Position numbers and translations under genes: made by a program
Part shown: positions 13,231 through 25,353 of the stretch, one piece after another
Numbering within the stretch: position 1 is the first letter of the stretch
Layout of the letters: the number at the start of each line of letters is the position of its first letter
The notes under the pieces: generated by a model
What the model saw: only the letters and a program-made list of their open reading frames with translations
Databases searched by the model: none
What the model was told of the DNA's origin: nothing
Source: Takakia lepidozioides
Lineage: Eukaryota; Plantae; Bryophyta
Direction of reading: 5' to 3'
Length of the DNA: 64,000 nt
Assembly (NCBI GenBank): GCA_030704615.1
Contig: CM060732.1
Location: 40,548,001-40,612,000, forward strand

Positions 13231-15315
13231 ATGATTACATCACTTCGTGACCTTCGCAGATATGTCCAATACAACTATCCTCATTTGGATCTGGATAGTC
13301 CTCAGATTTTAGGGTTGATCATTGTAAGTTTCTTTGGAGGCCTCTCGTTTCTGTACGCTTTCTTTCAATGGCAACGCAAGATATCGATCGACTGGCTAAG
13401 GAAAGCCGCCCTTGCCAAACGCAAATCAACTATGAAGGTAAAGGATACTGGGGTATCACATATATGGCAAGAGGATTCCGATGTAAAAGGAGGACCCACA
13501 ACTTGTTGCGTATGTTTGGATTCTCTTGCTGCACCTGCGGCAACGTCTCCGCCATCTGTGAATCGATGCAGTGTTTGTGGGGTTGCAGCTCATGAATCGT
13601 GTTGCAAGCAGGCAACAAATTGCAAACCTACATGTTTGAGAGGGTCGCATGTCCCGCATCATTGGGTGGAGGGATGGATCGATATGGATGATATACCAGA
13701 TGATCCGTCCTTTTGTATGCATTGTGAAGAGCCTTGCAATGGCTCATTTCTTGCATCACGGTCCTCTCTATGGCGATGTCTTTGGTGCCAACGATTGGTC
13801 CATGTTCAATGTCATGCGAAGATGGCCAAAGCTCAAGATGAAATTTGTGATCTCGGGCCTTTTAAGAGACTTATTTTATCCCCTTTAAATGTTAGAGAGA
13901 CTGGCGGAAAAGGTGTACATGTTGGGATTTTCAGTTCCATTACACAAGGGGCTACTGAAATAGCATCGTCAGTGCGGGGTTCTATGCGGAAAAGAAGCAA
14001 GCGAAGAGGGTCCAAACGAAGTGGACCGGAGCATGGAAGCATCATTGTTGCCGAGAGCAGTCTCAACAACAGTAATGCAGATATTCCTCAACCTGCAAGC
14101 AGTGGTCAAAGTAGTGGGGGAATTAACTCAAAGTTTGAGGTAGTTGACCTCCCTGAAAATGCCAGGCCTTTGTTGGTCTTCATCAATTGTAAGAGTGGCG
14201 GACAAAAGGGGGCCACTTTGAGACGACGCCTCAAGATGTTGCTTAATCCTGTCCAAGTGTTTGAAATAAGCTCGGAAAATCGACCTGAGCAAGGGTTGGC
14301 CTTATTTAAGGGGGTCACCCATTTCAGGATTTTGGTGTGTGGAGGTGACGGATCGGTAGGATGGGTGCTGGATGAGGTTGACAAACACAATTATATTGAA
14401 TCTCCACCCCCTGTTGGCGTATTACCGGTTGGAACTGGCAACGATATGTCCAGAGTGCTTTATTGGGGGGGAGGCTATGGAGTTGTTGAGCGCCACGGTG
14501 GACTTAGTGTGATCCTTCAGCATCTGGATCATGCAATGGTTACCATGCTTGATCGTTGGCGTGTTACCATTACAGAAAAGTTTTCAAGCGCCAAGGCCCT
14601 GCAGTCGGGGTCAGATTATAAAGTAGATTCCAGTGTTTCAATCAAATATATGAACAACTACCTAGGCATTGGATGCGACGCAAAGGTGGCTTTGGACATC
14701 CACATGCTTCGTGAGGAGAGTCCAGAGAAATTTTATAACCAATTTATGAATAAGATGTTGTATGCCAAGGAAGGCGCCAAAGAGGTCATGGATAGGAGTT
14801 GCTCAGATCTACCTTGGCAGCTACGTGTGGAGGTAGACGGTGTCGACGTCGAGATCCCCGAGGATAGTGAGGGTGTTCTTATTACCAACATTGGCAGTTA
14901 TATGGGTGGCGTGGACCTTTGGCAAAATGAGGAAGAACATGCAGATGAATTTCTGAGACAATCCATGCAGGACAAACTGCTAGAAGTTGTAGGGATATGT
15001 GGTACTTGGCACCTTGGCAAACTGCAAGTAGGTTTGTCGCGTGCACGAAGACTCGGGCAAGGCAAGGCTATCAAAATATGGATGTCATCTACATATCCCG
15101 TGCAAATTGATGGAGAGCCTTGGATCCAACTACCTGCCTCCTTGGAAATTGTTCATCACAGTCAAGCATTCATGCTTAAGCGAACAGCAGAAGAACCCAT
15201 GGGTCATGCTGCTGCGATTATAGTTGAGGTGCTGGAAAACGCCAAGTCTCGCAACCTCATCACCGGTGCACAGAAACGAGCTCTCCTGCAAGAAATGGCT
15301 GTGCGTCTATCCTAG
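13231..15315 (+). CDS. DGK: Diacylglycerol kinase, cluster I (DGK1/DGK2-like), single exon, 694 aa
   Basis: N-terminal TM segment, two Cys-rich C1 domains, catalytic [12 protein letters not shown] and [21 protein letters not shown], accessory [11 protein letters not shown] and [10 protein letters not shown]-terminal [10 protein letters not shown]. Confidence 0.96.
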   Translation: MITSLRDLRRYVQYNYPHLDLDSPQILGLIIVSFFGGLSFLYAFFQWQRKISIDWLRKAALAKRKSTMKVKDTGVSHIWQEDSDVKGGPTTCCVCLDSLAAPAATSPPSVNRCSVCGVAAHESCCKQATNCKPTCLRGSHVPHHWVEGWIDMDDIPDDPSFCMHCEEPCNGSFLASRSSLWRCLWCQRLVHVQCHAKMAKAQDEICDLGPFKRLILSPLNVRETGGKGVHVGIFSSITQGATEIASSVRGSMRKRSKRRGSKRSGPEHGSIIVAESSLNNSNADIPQPASSGQSSGGINSKFEVVDLPENARPLLVFINCKSGGQKGATLRRRLKMLLNPVQVFEISSENRPEQGLALFKGVTHFRILVCGGDGSVGWVLDEVDKHNYIESPPPVGVLPVGTGNDMSRVLYWGGGYGVVERHGGLSVILQHLDHAMVTMLDRWRVTITEKFSSAKALQSGSDYKVDSSVSIKYMNNYLGIGCDAKVALDIHMLREESPEKFYNQFMNKMLYAKEGAKEVMDRSCSDLPWQLRVEVDGVDVEIPEDSEGVLITNIGSYMGGVDLWQNEEEHADEFLRQSMQDKLLEVVGICGTWHLGKLQVGLSRARRLGQGKAIKIWMSSTYPVQIDGEPWIQLPASLEIVHHSQAFMLKRTAEEPMGHAAAIIVEVLENAKSRNLITGAQKRALLQEMAVRLS

Positions 15316-15791
15316 CTTGATTATGTTTATCTCATTGAAGCTTGAGCTTTCGAGCTCAGACCGATGAATTCCAGAAACTTGGTAAAGCAAAGAAGTGGAG
15401 CTCTGTTGATCAGATCATCTGGTTGCTGTCGTCCTGCTTTGGAGATGGAGATCGCGACTCTTCCCGACTCGTGCCTCGCAGCAGAGCTCACTGTGTAAGA
15501 AAATTCAACTTTAACTTACACACATGTAATAACTGAGTATAATAATAATAATAATGTAAAATGTCGAAGATACTTTACGCAAATACTTAATCTTTCCAGA
15601 GCAGCGGCTGAGATGTCGTGATGTTTAGAGCGACCGTTGGAGGACAGCTGAATTCAAAATTTGAATTGGAGCCGTCACTACCAAGGAGCAAGAGAGCTGT
15701 TGGGTTTTGGGACCCTTGCGCTTATCCTTCCATTTCTGCATGCCGAGATTTCTCAGAGCTCTCTTTGATTGTGCACTCTGTAGGAGGGAGA

Positions 15792-15793
<2 letters not shown>

Positions 15794-15828
<35 letters not shown>
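15794..15828. repeat. (GA)n microsatellite upstream of the second PME gene
   Basis: Uninterrupted gagagaga run. Confidence 0.9.
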
Positions 15829-15831
<3 letters not shown>

Positions 15832-16359
15832 CACATCCCATGATCATATCGCCACTTTCGTGTGAGAGAGGAAGAGAGCGCTTCTTGGTTTCCATGTGCA
15901 GTCAGTTAGTCTGTGCGCTCAGGTGTTGTGCATTGTGTAAGGACCTTGCAATGGAGAGAGCGCACTGTGTGAATAACTGGCGGCATTGAGAATTAGAAGA
16001 TTCTTTCGTTGGGGGCAGAGCACAGTGGGCGGATGTGAGACTCTGATTAGGGAGGGCAGCTGTGTAGGTCCAGATCGAACAGTAGTTTGTTTCTGTGGAA
16101 ATACGTTTCTCGTAGGGATATAGCGCTGAGGCCAGCCATAGGCGCAGGCCGGCCAGTCTCTTGCCGGTGCTATTTTATTTATGGAGGACGTGTTCTCTTG
16201 GGCACAGCGCAAAACTAGTTAGAAAAATCTCTCTGAAGTCCGGAATCCCCAGCGTTGGCATTCCACTTTATCCTGAGAAAATCTTTGGCTACGAGTTAGG
16301 TAGACTGGTTCGAGACGTCAGAAACACACAAGTTCAAAGTTCTCAGGTAAACTAGCAGC

Positions 16360-19300
16360 ATGGGTTCGCAGTGGCTACTTTGGAAGCCACAACTGGCAGT
16401 TGTTGCAGTGATAATAGTCGGTTTGAGTGAAAAAGGTTCAAACTGCCATATACTCAGAGGGACCGAGATAGCGAGGCCGTTTATCGCCGGTCCTGGAATC
16501 ACTGAAACAACAAAGCTCAACTCAAACGCCAACGGATCGCATATGATCCTCAATGATGCACAGCAATTAGCTCACCATCTATTCATGGATTGGTTATCTG
16601 GAATCAATTCGATCTACAGGGCACGTAAGAAAGAGGGAACGTTTAGTGAAAATGGAGAGAATGTGGTGCAAGAGGGTCCTGGAAGTTGGATACTGGTGGA
16701 TATAGATGGATGTGGCAACTTCAGCTCTGTGCAAGAAGCCGTTAACTTCGTTCCTCGTGGAAATAAGGAGCGTGTTGTTATTTATATTAACCCTGGAATA
16801 TACGAGTAAGTCAAGTCTGTCTAGCACTCCATCTGAAAAAGTCGCAATGAGTAATGTGCAGATGAGGAGAGGATGAGATGAGGACGTCTAGAAGCTTAGT
16901 TTTCACTCGAGGGTGCTATGTACGTCGTAACTTCTTAGTCTTCAGGAAGAGAATTGCTGAGGGCGTCTCCTTGAAAAAAACTCACATTAGTTAGTACTTA
17001 CATAGGACTAAGCATCTACGGAATCAAGTACTGTACCTCTATGGCTTTTTTTCAATGTGTTATGTAGAATGTTACTGTGTTCTTGCTTGCAATCTCTTTG
17101 GGTTCGGACTTGCTTTTCATCTGAAGTGTTCGATTTAATCGCCACTCACTGAATCCATCGGGATGCTAATCTGGCTCCGTTTGATTCGTCAGTAGATATA
17201 TTTACGCAATCATCCACCAGGTAACCTTTACAGGTTTTTAGGTCTTGAAAGTGTAGTGATTCTACAAATTGGTGACGGTGGCAGGGAAAAGGTGGTGGTT
17301 CCATCTGAAAAGCCCTTCATCACGTTTTGGGGAGGAGGGCAAGGAGTAACAGTTATCACTTGGAATGCCGCTTCCCGCGACCTGGATGCCACTGGCAAAC
17401 CTTTCGGAACCTACAACAGTGCCACTGTCGGCGTACATTCAGCTCACTTTGTTGCCCGCAACATTAGCTTTCAGGTATGTTGAGAAAGCATCCTACCCGA
17501 TGTCTTGTGTGTGAAAATTAGAACAGTTTTTTTTTCGTTGTTGCAACATTGTTTTAGAACTGTACGTGCAGAACTTTTGAATCGCACAAGTTTTGTCCTT
17601 GCATGTGTCTGTCTCGCTCATTTCCTAACTGTTTACCGTGTGCACGCATGATATATGGACATCATGTTTGACAAGATTGGAGTCAGTCAATTATATGAGT
17701 TCACTCACCACCTTCCACCTTCTTAAAATTGCAAAGTATCAATTGCTGTGATGAAGAATCTGGCCTATTAGGCTGTGTGGGCGATTTCTGGGGATTTCCG
17801 CACAGAAATAAGCTGACCATGATACGCACGTGAATTGTATGATCCATCTTACTGAAGATGATATCCAATTCCGAGGTTGTTCTTGGAAGCATCCTGGTAG
17901 ACACGTACTTCTCCACACATTCCTCGATGGTGACCAGATAGAGTCCATTTCAGAGCACTAGATATAGTTACACAAACCAAGAGTGTTCTAATCTTCTTTG
18001 CAGTGAAACTGATCATATACTATATGTGCAATGACCACTTCTAATACATAATTGTGTTGAACAAAATTGATCTCTAATGTCCTCGCTGCGTGGAGTCTTC
18101 ATTGGCTGTTCTGAATTCGACATGGACAGAATACCGCACCGCGCCCAGCGCCTGGCATGGTGGGATGGCAAGCAGTGGCATTGCGAATTTCAGGCGACAA
18201 GGCCGCGTTCTACAGCTGTGGATTCTACGGGGCCCAGGATACTCTGTATGACCACAAGGGCCGTCACTACTTCCATGACTGCTACATTGAGGGCTCTATC
18301 GATTTTATATTTGGCGGTGGGCTGTCCCTCTACTCGGTAAGCTGGCCAGCATCCAAAAACCCTTTTACTTTGCTTCAAGACTCATGCGAGTTCTAGGATT
18401 TTCAACATCCTCTTGTGCCTTTCAAAAGCAGTGCTACCTCGGCCGAGTCTCTGTTATCTAAGCAGTTCTATTTGTAACCTTGATCACTACCCTCAAAAGT
18501 AGGCAATAGGAAAAGCATGGATTCGTCACTTCCGAAGTTCTTAGTTAGATTCTATGTACAAGGGAGCTTCTGTATAATTTGTAGTATAAATTAGCTTAAA
18601 ATACCAAGTGCTATTCTTCTGCCATCTAGGTAACTCTCAGAAGCTGATAGATCTGTTGTAAGTTGTATGCTCTTCCATGCATTGCAATACCGAACACTCA
18701 GAGAGGAGTTTCAAATCATAAGGAATGAATTCGCAAAAAAGCTTCATCTGCAAAGCCAGTGCTCGCGATCTTTCAAAAGAATCCTCCCCAAAGATAACAG
18801 GATTCCAAAGGATGCGATGTGGGATGGGGGTGGGGGCAGGAGTGTATGCTTCATGCAATTGACTGCTCTGGCTCTCTAACCGCCCAGAAACGTAAAAGCC
18901 CGAAGAACAGATCTGGTTTTGCATTTATGAACTGCACTGTTACTGGATCTGCACTACTTTTCTTGGGCCGGGCATGGGGAAAGTATTCGACGGTAGTATT
19001 TGCATACACATACATGGACAACATTATACTGCCCCCTGTTTGGAGTGACTGGAACGACCCTCAAAGACAGAAGTAAGCCTTTCTTGTCCTTCTTTATCCC
19101 CTTGAATTAGGCTGCATATTACTCCAGGTGAAACTGTAGACCTGTCACTTGAAGTTTTTACGGGGACCATTGTCGGTGCTGCATATGAATAACTTCAAAT
19201 GAGCAGATCGTCAAATGAGAAACATTCGATTTTGTTCGACAATCTTTTCTGAGTTCGTGTTGGGGGTGGGTGTAGAACGGTTTACTACGGGGAATTCAAA

Positions 19301-19429
19301 TGCTGGGGACCCGGAGCTCAACAAAATGCACGTGTAGCATGGAGCCATGAGCTTACTGATACAGAAGCTGAGCCTTTCCTTAGCCTCGGCTTCATTGATG
19401 GTGAGGATTGGCTTATGGAGTCGCAATAA
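16360..19429 (+). CDS. Pectin methylesterase (group 1); exons 16360-16805, 17285-17474, 18130-18336, 18840-19072, 19276-19429
   Basis: [15 protein letters not shown]|[51 protein letters not shown]. All five exons join in frame through GT-AG introns and end in TAA. Confidence 0.94.
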
Positions 19430-21082
19430 CTTCCTGCACCAAAGTAAGTTACAGCCTGAATCACTCCAGAGTTTTGAAGATTGCAGCTGCCAGGGTTCCT
19501 ATTTAATGAATTGTACGTATACACATTTGTTCGCGTACATTTAGTGCAAGGGAACGGGCATTCGGAGAGCACGTCTGCACAGTGAAGGAACAAGGCTGTC
19601 TTTCGGATTTCCCCATTCCACCTTGAGCCTCCTAGCAACAACAAAGGAATTGAGTTTGCGACTACCAAGGCCGGCTTGCAGGAACAGTAGAACATCTACA
19701 GGCTATAGATCCGATACTTGAGTCGGGGAAATTCAAACATCTAGTTTTAATTTGCAGGAAAAGTAGCGAACAATGCCTCTCAAAAGTTGTGAGTTGAAGT
19801 TTACGATTGAACAGGCTTCGGAACACCCACAGATAGTGAACATTGTATTTTTGAATGATGAATGCTATATGATACGGGAACATACTCTGGTTCAGCAAGG
19901 AAACTCCAGTAAGTTCTTAATCTAGTCTTTGAACATAAATAACTTAAGTGTTAAGGCTCACGTGATTGTGGTTGAAAGAGGCCGAGAAGAAGATTTTTAG
20001 AGATAATGGTGGATTGTAATGATTTGCCGTTACAGACACAGCATAGCCTGGTGCGGCAGATACTGGGAGATCCAATCCCCCCATGTGGGTCATATTCTAG
20101 GTGTGTAACTGCCGTAACTCTTCCTCAGTGAACAAACTTGTCTTCATTTGAGGCTGGTTGGCAGCACGGATGTGGTGTCAAGTGGAGAAAGGGAATGCTG
20201 AGAAAGGGAGAGAATGAGTGGGTTGTGTGACAGAGGGCCCATGGGACACAGTAGCAGATGAAAAGTTTTGTGTTTGTTTCTGAAGGATGGAAGTGGAGAC
20301 AGGGAGATCGAGGGTTTGGTAGCTGGTGACCTGACATTCTGCAGAGTTGGGTGATGAGAGAAGAGAAAGCAATGTCGCACAAGGCATTGACAACTGTGCT
20401 TTCTATTCTTAGAATGCGATAAACTTGGCAGCCTTGAGCTTCATGCCATTGGACCCTTTCTAGGAAATGAATAGCTAAGCTCATCTTGCGCAGTCGCAGG
20501 ACACCCAGTCTCAAGAATATAATGTTCAGCACTTAGAAAGACAAAGTCACCAACGGCAACTGATTTCTTTATAGTCGTTGTCGACTATCTATACTGTATT
20601 AGATCCGGACGATGGCTGTTCTATTTTCCAGTGAAGTTGGCGAAGATCTCGCCAAATGCTGTGCCAATCTTCTGTGTGCATTCCCATGCGCTACCCACAA
20701 CCCCACCCACAATCTACATCTATGCTTCTGTCCATGTCCATCGAAATCCATCATGGTGGGCCCTCCTCCATAGCACCTCACATTTTGCCATTGAATGTCT
20801 CACCATGGTGCCAAGTGGTGGGAAGAAAGTTTGATCAGTGTACTATTGGAGAAGTTTCTAAGAGACTGTCAGCTCTGGCACCAGATAATGCACTTCATTG
20901 GTTGGCATCAATAAGTGCTTCAGTTCTCTGGGCCCTCAAACTGCTACGCCCATATTATTGACTACTCAGCCATACATATCTGATCAGACATGCAATCACC
21001 ATTCAATGCTCTCAGATTCCACTTTCACTACTTTTCGTGCTGTGCTACAAAATCAACACCAGCAGAAAAGCAGAGAATACTA

Positions 21083-21705
21083 GAAATGAGGTAAGAACTT
21101 AATGCACACCTGCAACCTCTGACGGGATGGTACGCCGGTTGTCGGCATGTCAGATCTTCCCATACTACAGTAAAACAACTTTATTACACGTCATGCATCC
21201 ACGTCATAATGCAGTTAAACTACGCTACTACACGTCATAGCCACGTCATGTCCACGTCGCATCCAAGTCGCATCCACGTCATACTGTAGTTGAATCACTT
21301 CACTACACGTCACCATCCTCTGTCCCCTCTATTCTACTGTCACATTTCACTGTCAGATCCTGGTTGAGAGTGACATGGAACCGGAGTGTAAACTCCAGTC
21401 GGGGTTACGCTGGGTCACGCGATAGGGTGTGTAACTCCACTCGGTGTAACTCACGATTGGTCTCAAAATTTATATAAAATGGACCTAGAAGAGTGACATG
21501 CGAGACACCAGGGTTACATCGGGTTACACCCCGGTTGGGATACCAGTTCTCGTGTCACGAATTGAACCCGAGATCTCGCCACCTATACTGCAATCACCTT
21601 AACACGCCACCCACCATAGCATGACACCCTTTTGGATTCTGGAGTATTTAATAGTGAAACCAAGGTAAGAGGGGTGGGGGAGATCTGACAGGGGCCCCGC
21701 CGGAG
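21083..21705. mobile_element. Non-autonomous TIR element of the same family as 46836-47355; right end truncated; carries an internal CACGTCA array
   Basis: TA|GAAATGAGGTAAGAACTTAATGCACA.. matches the left end at 46836 and is colinear up to ..TGACA.GGCCCCGCCGGAG. Inner inverted pair TGTCAGATCT/AGATCTGACA. Confidence 0.75.
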
Positions 21706-22199
21706 TCCTAGTGTCCTCCCATCACACACTAAGTTATACTTTTGACGGCAATTGCCAAATATCACTGTTCCCAACAACTCGTTCGCAGTTCCCAATACAG
21801 ATTTGCTTTGAGTGCAACCATCTAGGGATCAGCACTTTTAAGTTACACTGTATGTGAAATTCCATATACAGCAAGTGCCATAGTAAGTAGAGTTGTTTGA
21901 CTCCGAGTTGATTCCCCACATGTTGCCAGGTCTCTGGGAAGCCAATGCCACAAACCGAAACCAGCGTAGAAAATGCAGATTCGAAATAAGTGGCGATTGT
22001 AGGAGATGTTGAATGAGTGTTAGGCGAATGAATCCAAAACATTGTAGAGACAGTAAGGCGAACAATCTAAAATTGACATAGCATGGAAAAGGCTACCCAT
22101 ATGAAACCAAATAGACAAACAAAAATAGCCAGCCGATTTGTGAGCTGTCGCTCCCATGTGTTTTATTTGGAGAAACAACCAAAAAAAAAAGCCACATTA

Positions 22200-22538
22200 C
22201 CATACGTTGCTGTCAGATTCGACAGCACAGTGTCGAAATTTTTTTTGGGAGACCGTCCATTCGGCACCTCATATCTTATACTCCAGGTTTCGGCAGTTTA
22301 GGATTGAAATTTTTTGCCACCTGCGATACTAGCTTACGATATGATATGAGCTCCGCATCTTTAGAGGCTGCCGGCGCCCTCTGTATTCTGTCCTTCAATA
22401 GATTTTTTGAGATTTTCCAAACTTTCTTATTTTTGGACAAGCTGAGTATGTAATATTTCTGGATTTTAGACATATCACTTGAGTTAATTCAAAAATTTCA
22501 ACAAATTAATTTGTGTCGAATCTGACAGCAACGTAGGG
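22200..22538. mobile_element. MITE with TA target-site duplication (Tc1/mariner, Stowaway-like)
   Basis: TA|CCATACGTTGCTGTCAGATTCGACA ... TGTCGAATCTGACAGCAACGTAGGG|TA: about 25-bp TIR with one mismatch. Confidence 0.85.
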
Positions 22539-25353
22539 TATTCGTTTTTATTCACTTTATCATCCAAACCACTTCACTATTGAAAAATAACCGGGCACTC
22601 AAGGGTTTTAGTTTTTTTCCCTTCATAATCTGTTAATAAAGTTTCATCCAGGGCCTCTGTTCTGTTAAAAAAAAGAAAACATAGTGAACAATTGTTTTTG
22701 ATCTCCCTCAAAAACTGTTCTTGAGGTAATTATCTCTAAAAAAAAGAACATAATATTTTTGAAAATAGATATTACCTCAACAAGCTCTAGGAGTGACGTG
22801 TTTTTTAAACTCTGAATTCATTAATAATCCAATGTTACTGGTTGCAACTCTGGTAACAACTCTGGTACAACTCTGGAAGTTGGAGGATTGCAATCCCTTT
22901 GCAATTCCACTCGTAGGGGCTGTCGTGTTTATTGCGCATCTTTGTTTGACGAATCTTCCATCATCGTCGCCATTAAATCCCCACATTGTCTAAGTTACAT
23001 ATGCAACTTGGATACTGTACGCGATCCCACTTTATACCTCGTGCAACTGCAGCAAACATGCAAAGGTGGGTAGACTGTTATACAGATAGTTCATTGTTGA
23101 AGGGGGTCTACCTATTTAGTACTAAACAATCTTGTATGTGACTACTCCCTGTGTTTCTTACAAGGGTGAGTGTTAAAGTGTGAAGAGAACTCTATTCCCT
23201 TCCTTGGACAAGTGTTAAGTTTGCATAGATCATAGCCCATCAAGGACCTCCCTAAATAACTAGGCTCTTAGATCTACAAAAAACTATTTTCTCCCAACAA
23301 TGGATGCTCATGAATACATTTGTTTTGAGACCTTTTAGTGGTTTATGGGCACCCACAATACCACACACAACAATGTAGCAGGAGTTGAGCTCAGAATGAC
23401 CTGGGTGGCACCGACTGGTGGTAGTTCATCGTTTTGGCCCCACACAAAGTGGTAGGTAGGTCTATCCATCAAAGTAGAGAAGCTTGGAATCCGAGGTGCA
23501 GCTTCCGGGCAGGCTGCCTGTGACTTATGTAGATGCATAAGTGGTGGGGCACGTGCTCTTTACTTGCTGCTGCGCTGGGCACTCTTCCAAGTATTCCTAC
23601 TCTGTGAAACAGTAATAAACAGGGAGCATGCTAGTCGTGCAGCTCTCTCATCGCTGCTGTGTTGAGAACAATCGCTCCAACAATGATTGACAGAGACCCA
23701 CAGAACTGTCAAAACACGCACTGCGGGTCCTACATTTGAGAATAAGAAGGAACTTATGTTGAAATGAAAACAAGGAAAACATAACCTTTATAATGGGAGT
23801 TTTTTGAGCCTATGGCTGGCATAATGAGCCCAACTCATCGTCCTCATTGTGAAGGTGGATTGCAACTCTCTCAGCTCGGCCATGTCAAGCTGGATTGCAC
23901 ACTAACTATGTTCCTAAGATTCCTCTAAACTGCTTTAGTCACCCTTTCATGGTCATTTGGTGATCACCCCCACCATACTGAAAGCCTAACAGGAGGAAGA
24001 AGATAGAGAAGAGATAAAGCGTATGTATCCACAGCCTAGGTAAGAACTAAGAACACCCGTCACACCTACAAAGGTACAAAACTCTCCGATCATTATGTAA
24101 TTGCATTTCAACCATAGTTTGGCACTGACAGCTCTCACAATGGAACTCAGATTACACCACTTATTAGAAAGTCTTCAACAATGAGAAAGATACCTTGGAA
24201 ACCCAGGAAAATAAAAAATAAAAAATACGGCATACTAAACAAGCATCATATGATTCATATCTAAAACAGAAAACTCCAACAAATTTAGTGATGGGTGTTT
24301 TAACTTTTTATCCTTCTGTTTTACGGAACACAAAAAGAGAAAGGGAACCCAATACGGCCTCGTGGATTGTTAGAAGAGGTTCCTATTCTCCGAGATGCAG
24401 AGATCTGAACTCAGGGCTCATAGGACCCCCCAGAAGAAACAGTAGGGAAGAAGATGATGAGGTGCATTAAAAGCTGCCAGGCTTGCAGCATTCATGTACT
24501 TGCTGTCCATGGTGATCGGTCTTGTCTGACTCGCAGTTGTCTATAGTCTATACATACTCCCCGGAAGAAGTATGCAAAGTATGCATAATACAGTAGATAG
24601 GTACCACAGCATACAGATACACTTGATACTTGAGGAAATACACACGGAGAGTACAGTTCGGCTATCATAGTGGGCGTGTACTGCTAAAGTGGTTGTCCCC
24701 AAAAGCAGCAGTGATCGAGAAAAGAAAGCAATATCCGACCCTTGAGAGATGGCAGAAACTGGGCATGGGGGGACGGTGACATCGATAGCGCCAGAGTGGC
24801 GGCGCTGAGCTGTAGGATGCTGTCTAGGCGAGTTCAATACGACGTTCACAGTATCTGACACACGGAGGCGTGTCCAGTCCAATCCCAGCTCAGAGATATG
24901 GAGTACGGACAGTGTATATAACTTTGGGGAGATTCTGCACGGGTGACAAGACAGACCTGAGATAGGGGAGTGCCTGAACAGTCAGTGCAGCGTGGTGGTC
25001 ATGAATCCTGCGTCTGTTTGAGAGAAGGTTGCAGAGGAGTGTGAGTTTACAGAAGTCTAGGAGGTACCACCGTGTGGTGCTGAGAGAGATAGTGAAGTCG
25101 AGGAGATTTGCTGTAGAGAAGTTCGAAGGCAGCGGGGGAGCTCAATACACAGTTGTCCGTGTTTAAGAAAGTTAGCGGCCATCCTTCTCCGCCTTTGTTC
25201 TGCTTAGGGAGACTACTTAGACCATCGCAAAACGGAGAGAGTGCCCGTCGTGTAGAGCGAAAGAGAGACAAGAAGCTTCGTTCGCTACTGAACATCTAGT
25301 TACTTTGTTTCCAGCTGACTGGGACTTGCGTAGCTGAAAACGAGTACTCCAAA

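Noticed and set aside
19900-21050. Short overlapping ORFs between the second and third PME genes
   Set aside because: No recognisable domain, consistent splice structure or repeat homology.
21148-21690. Solo LTR (TGTCA...TGACA ends)
   Set aside because: Homology with the second copy extends beyond both ends, and that copy has outer TIRs with a TA duplication. No 5-bp TSD.
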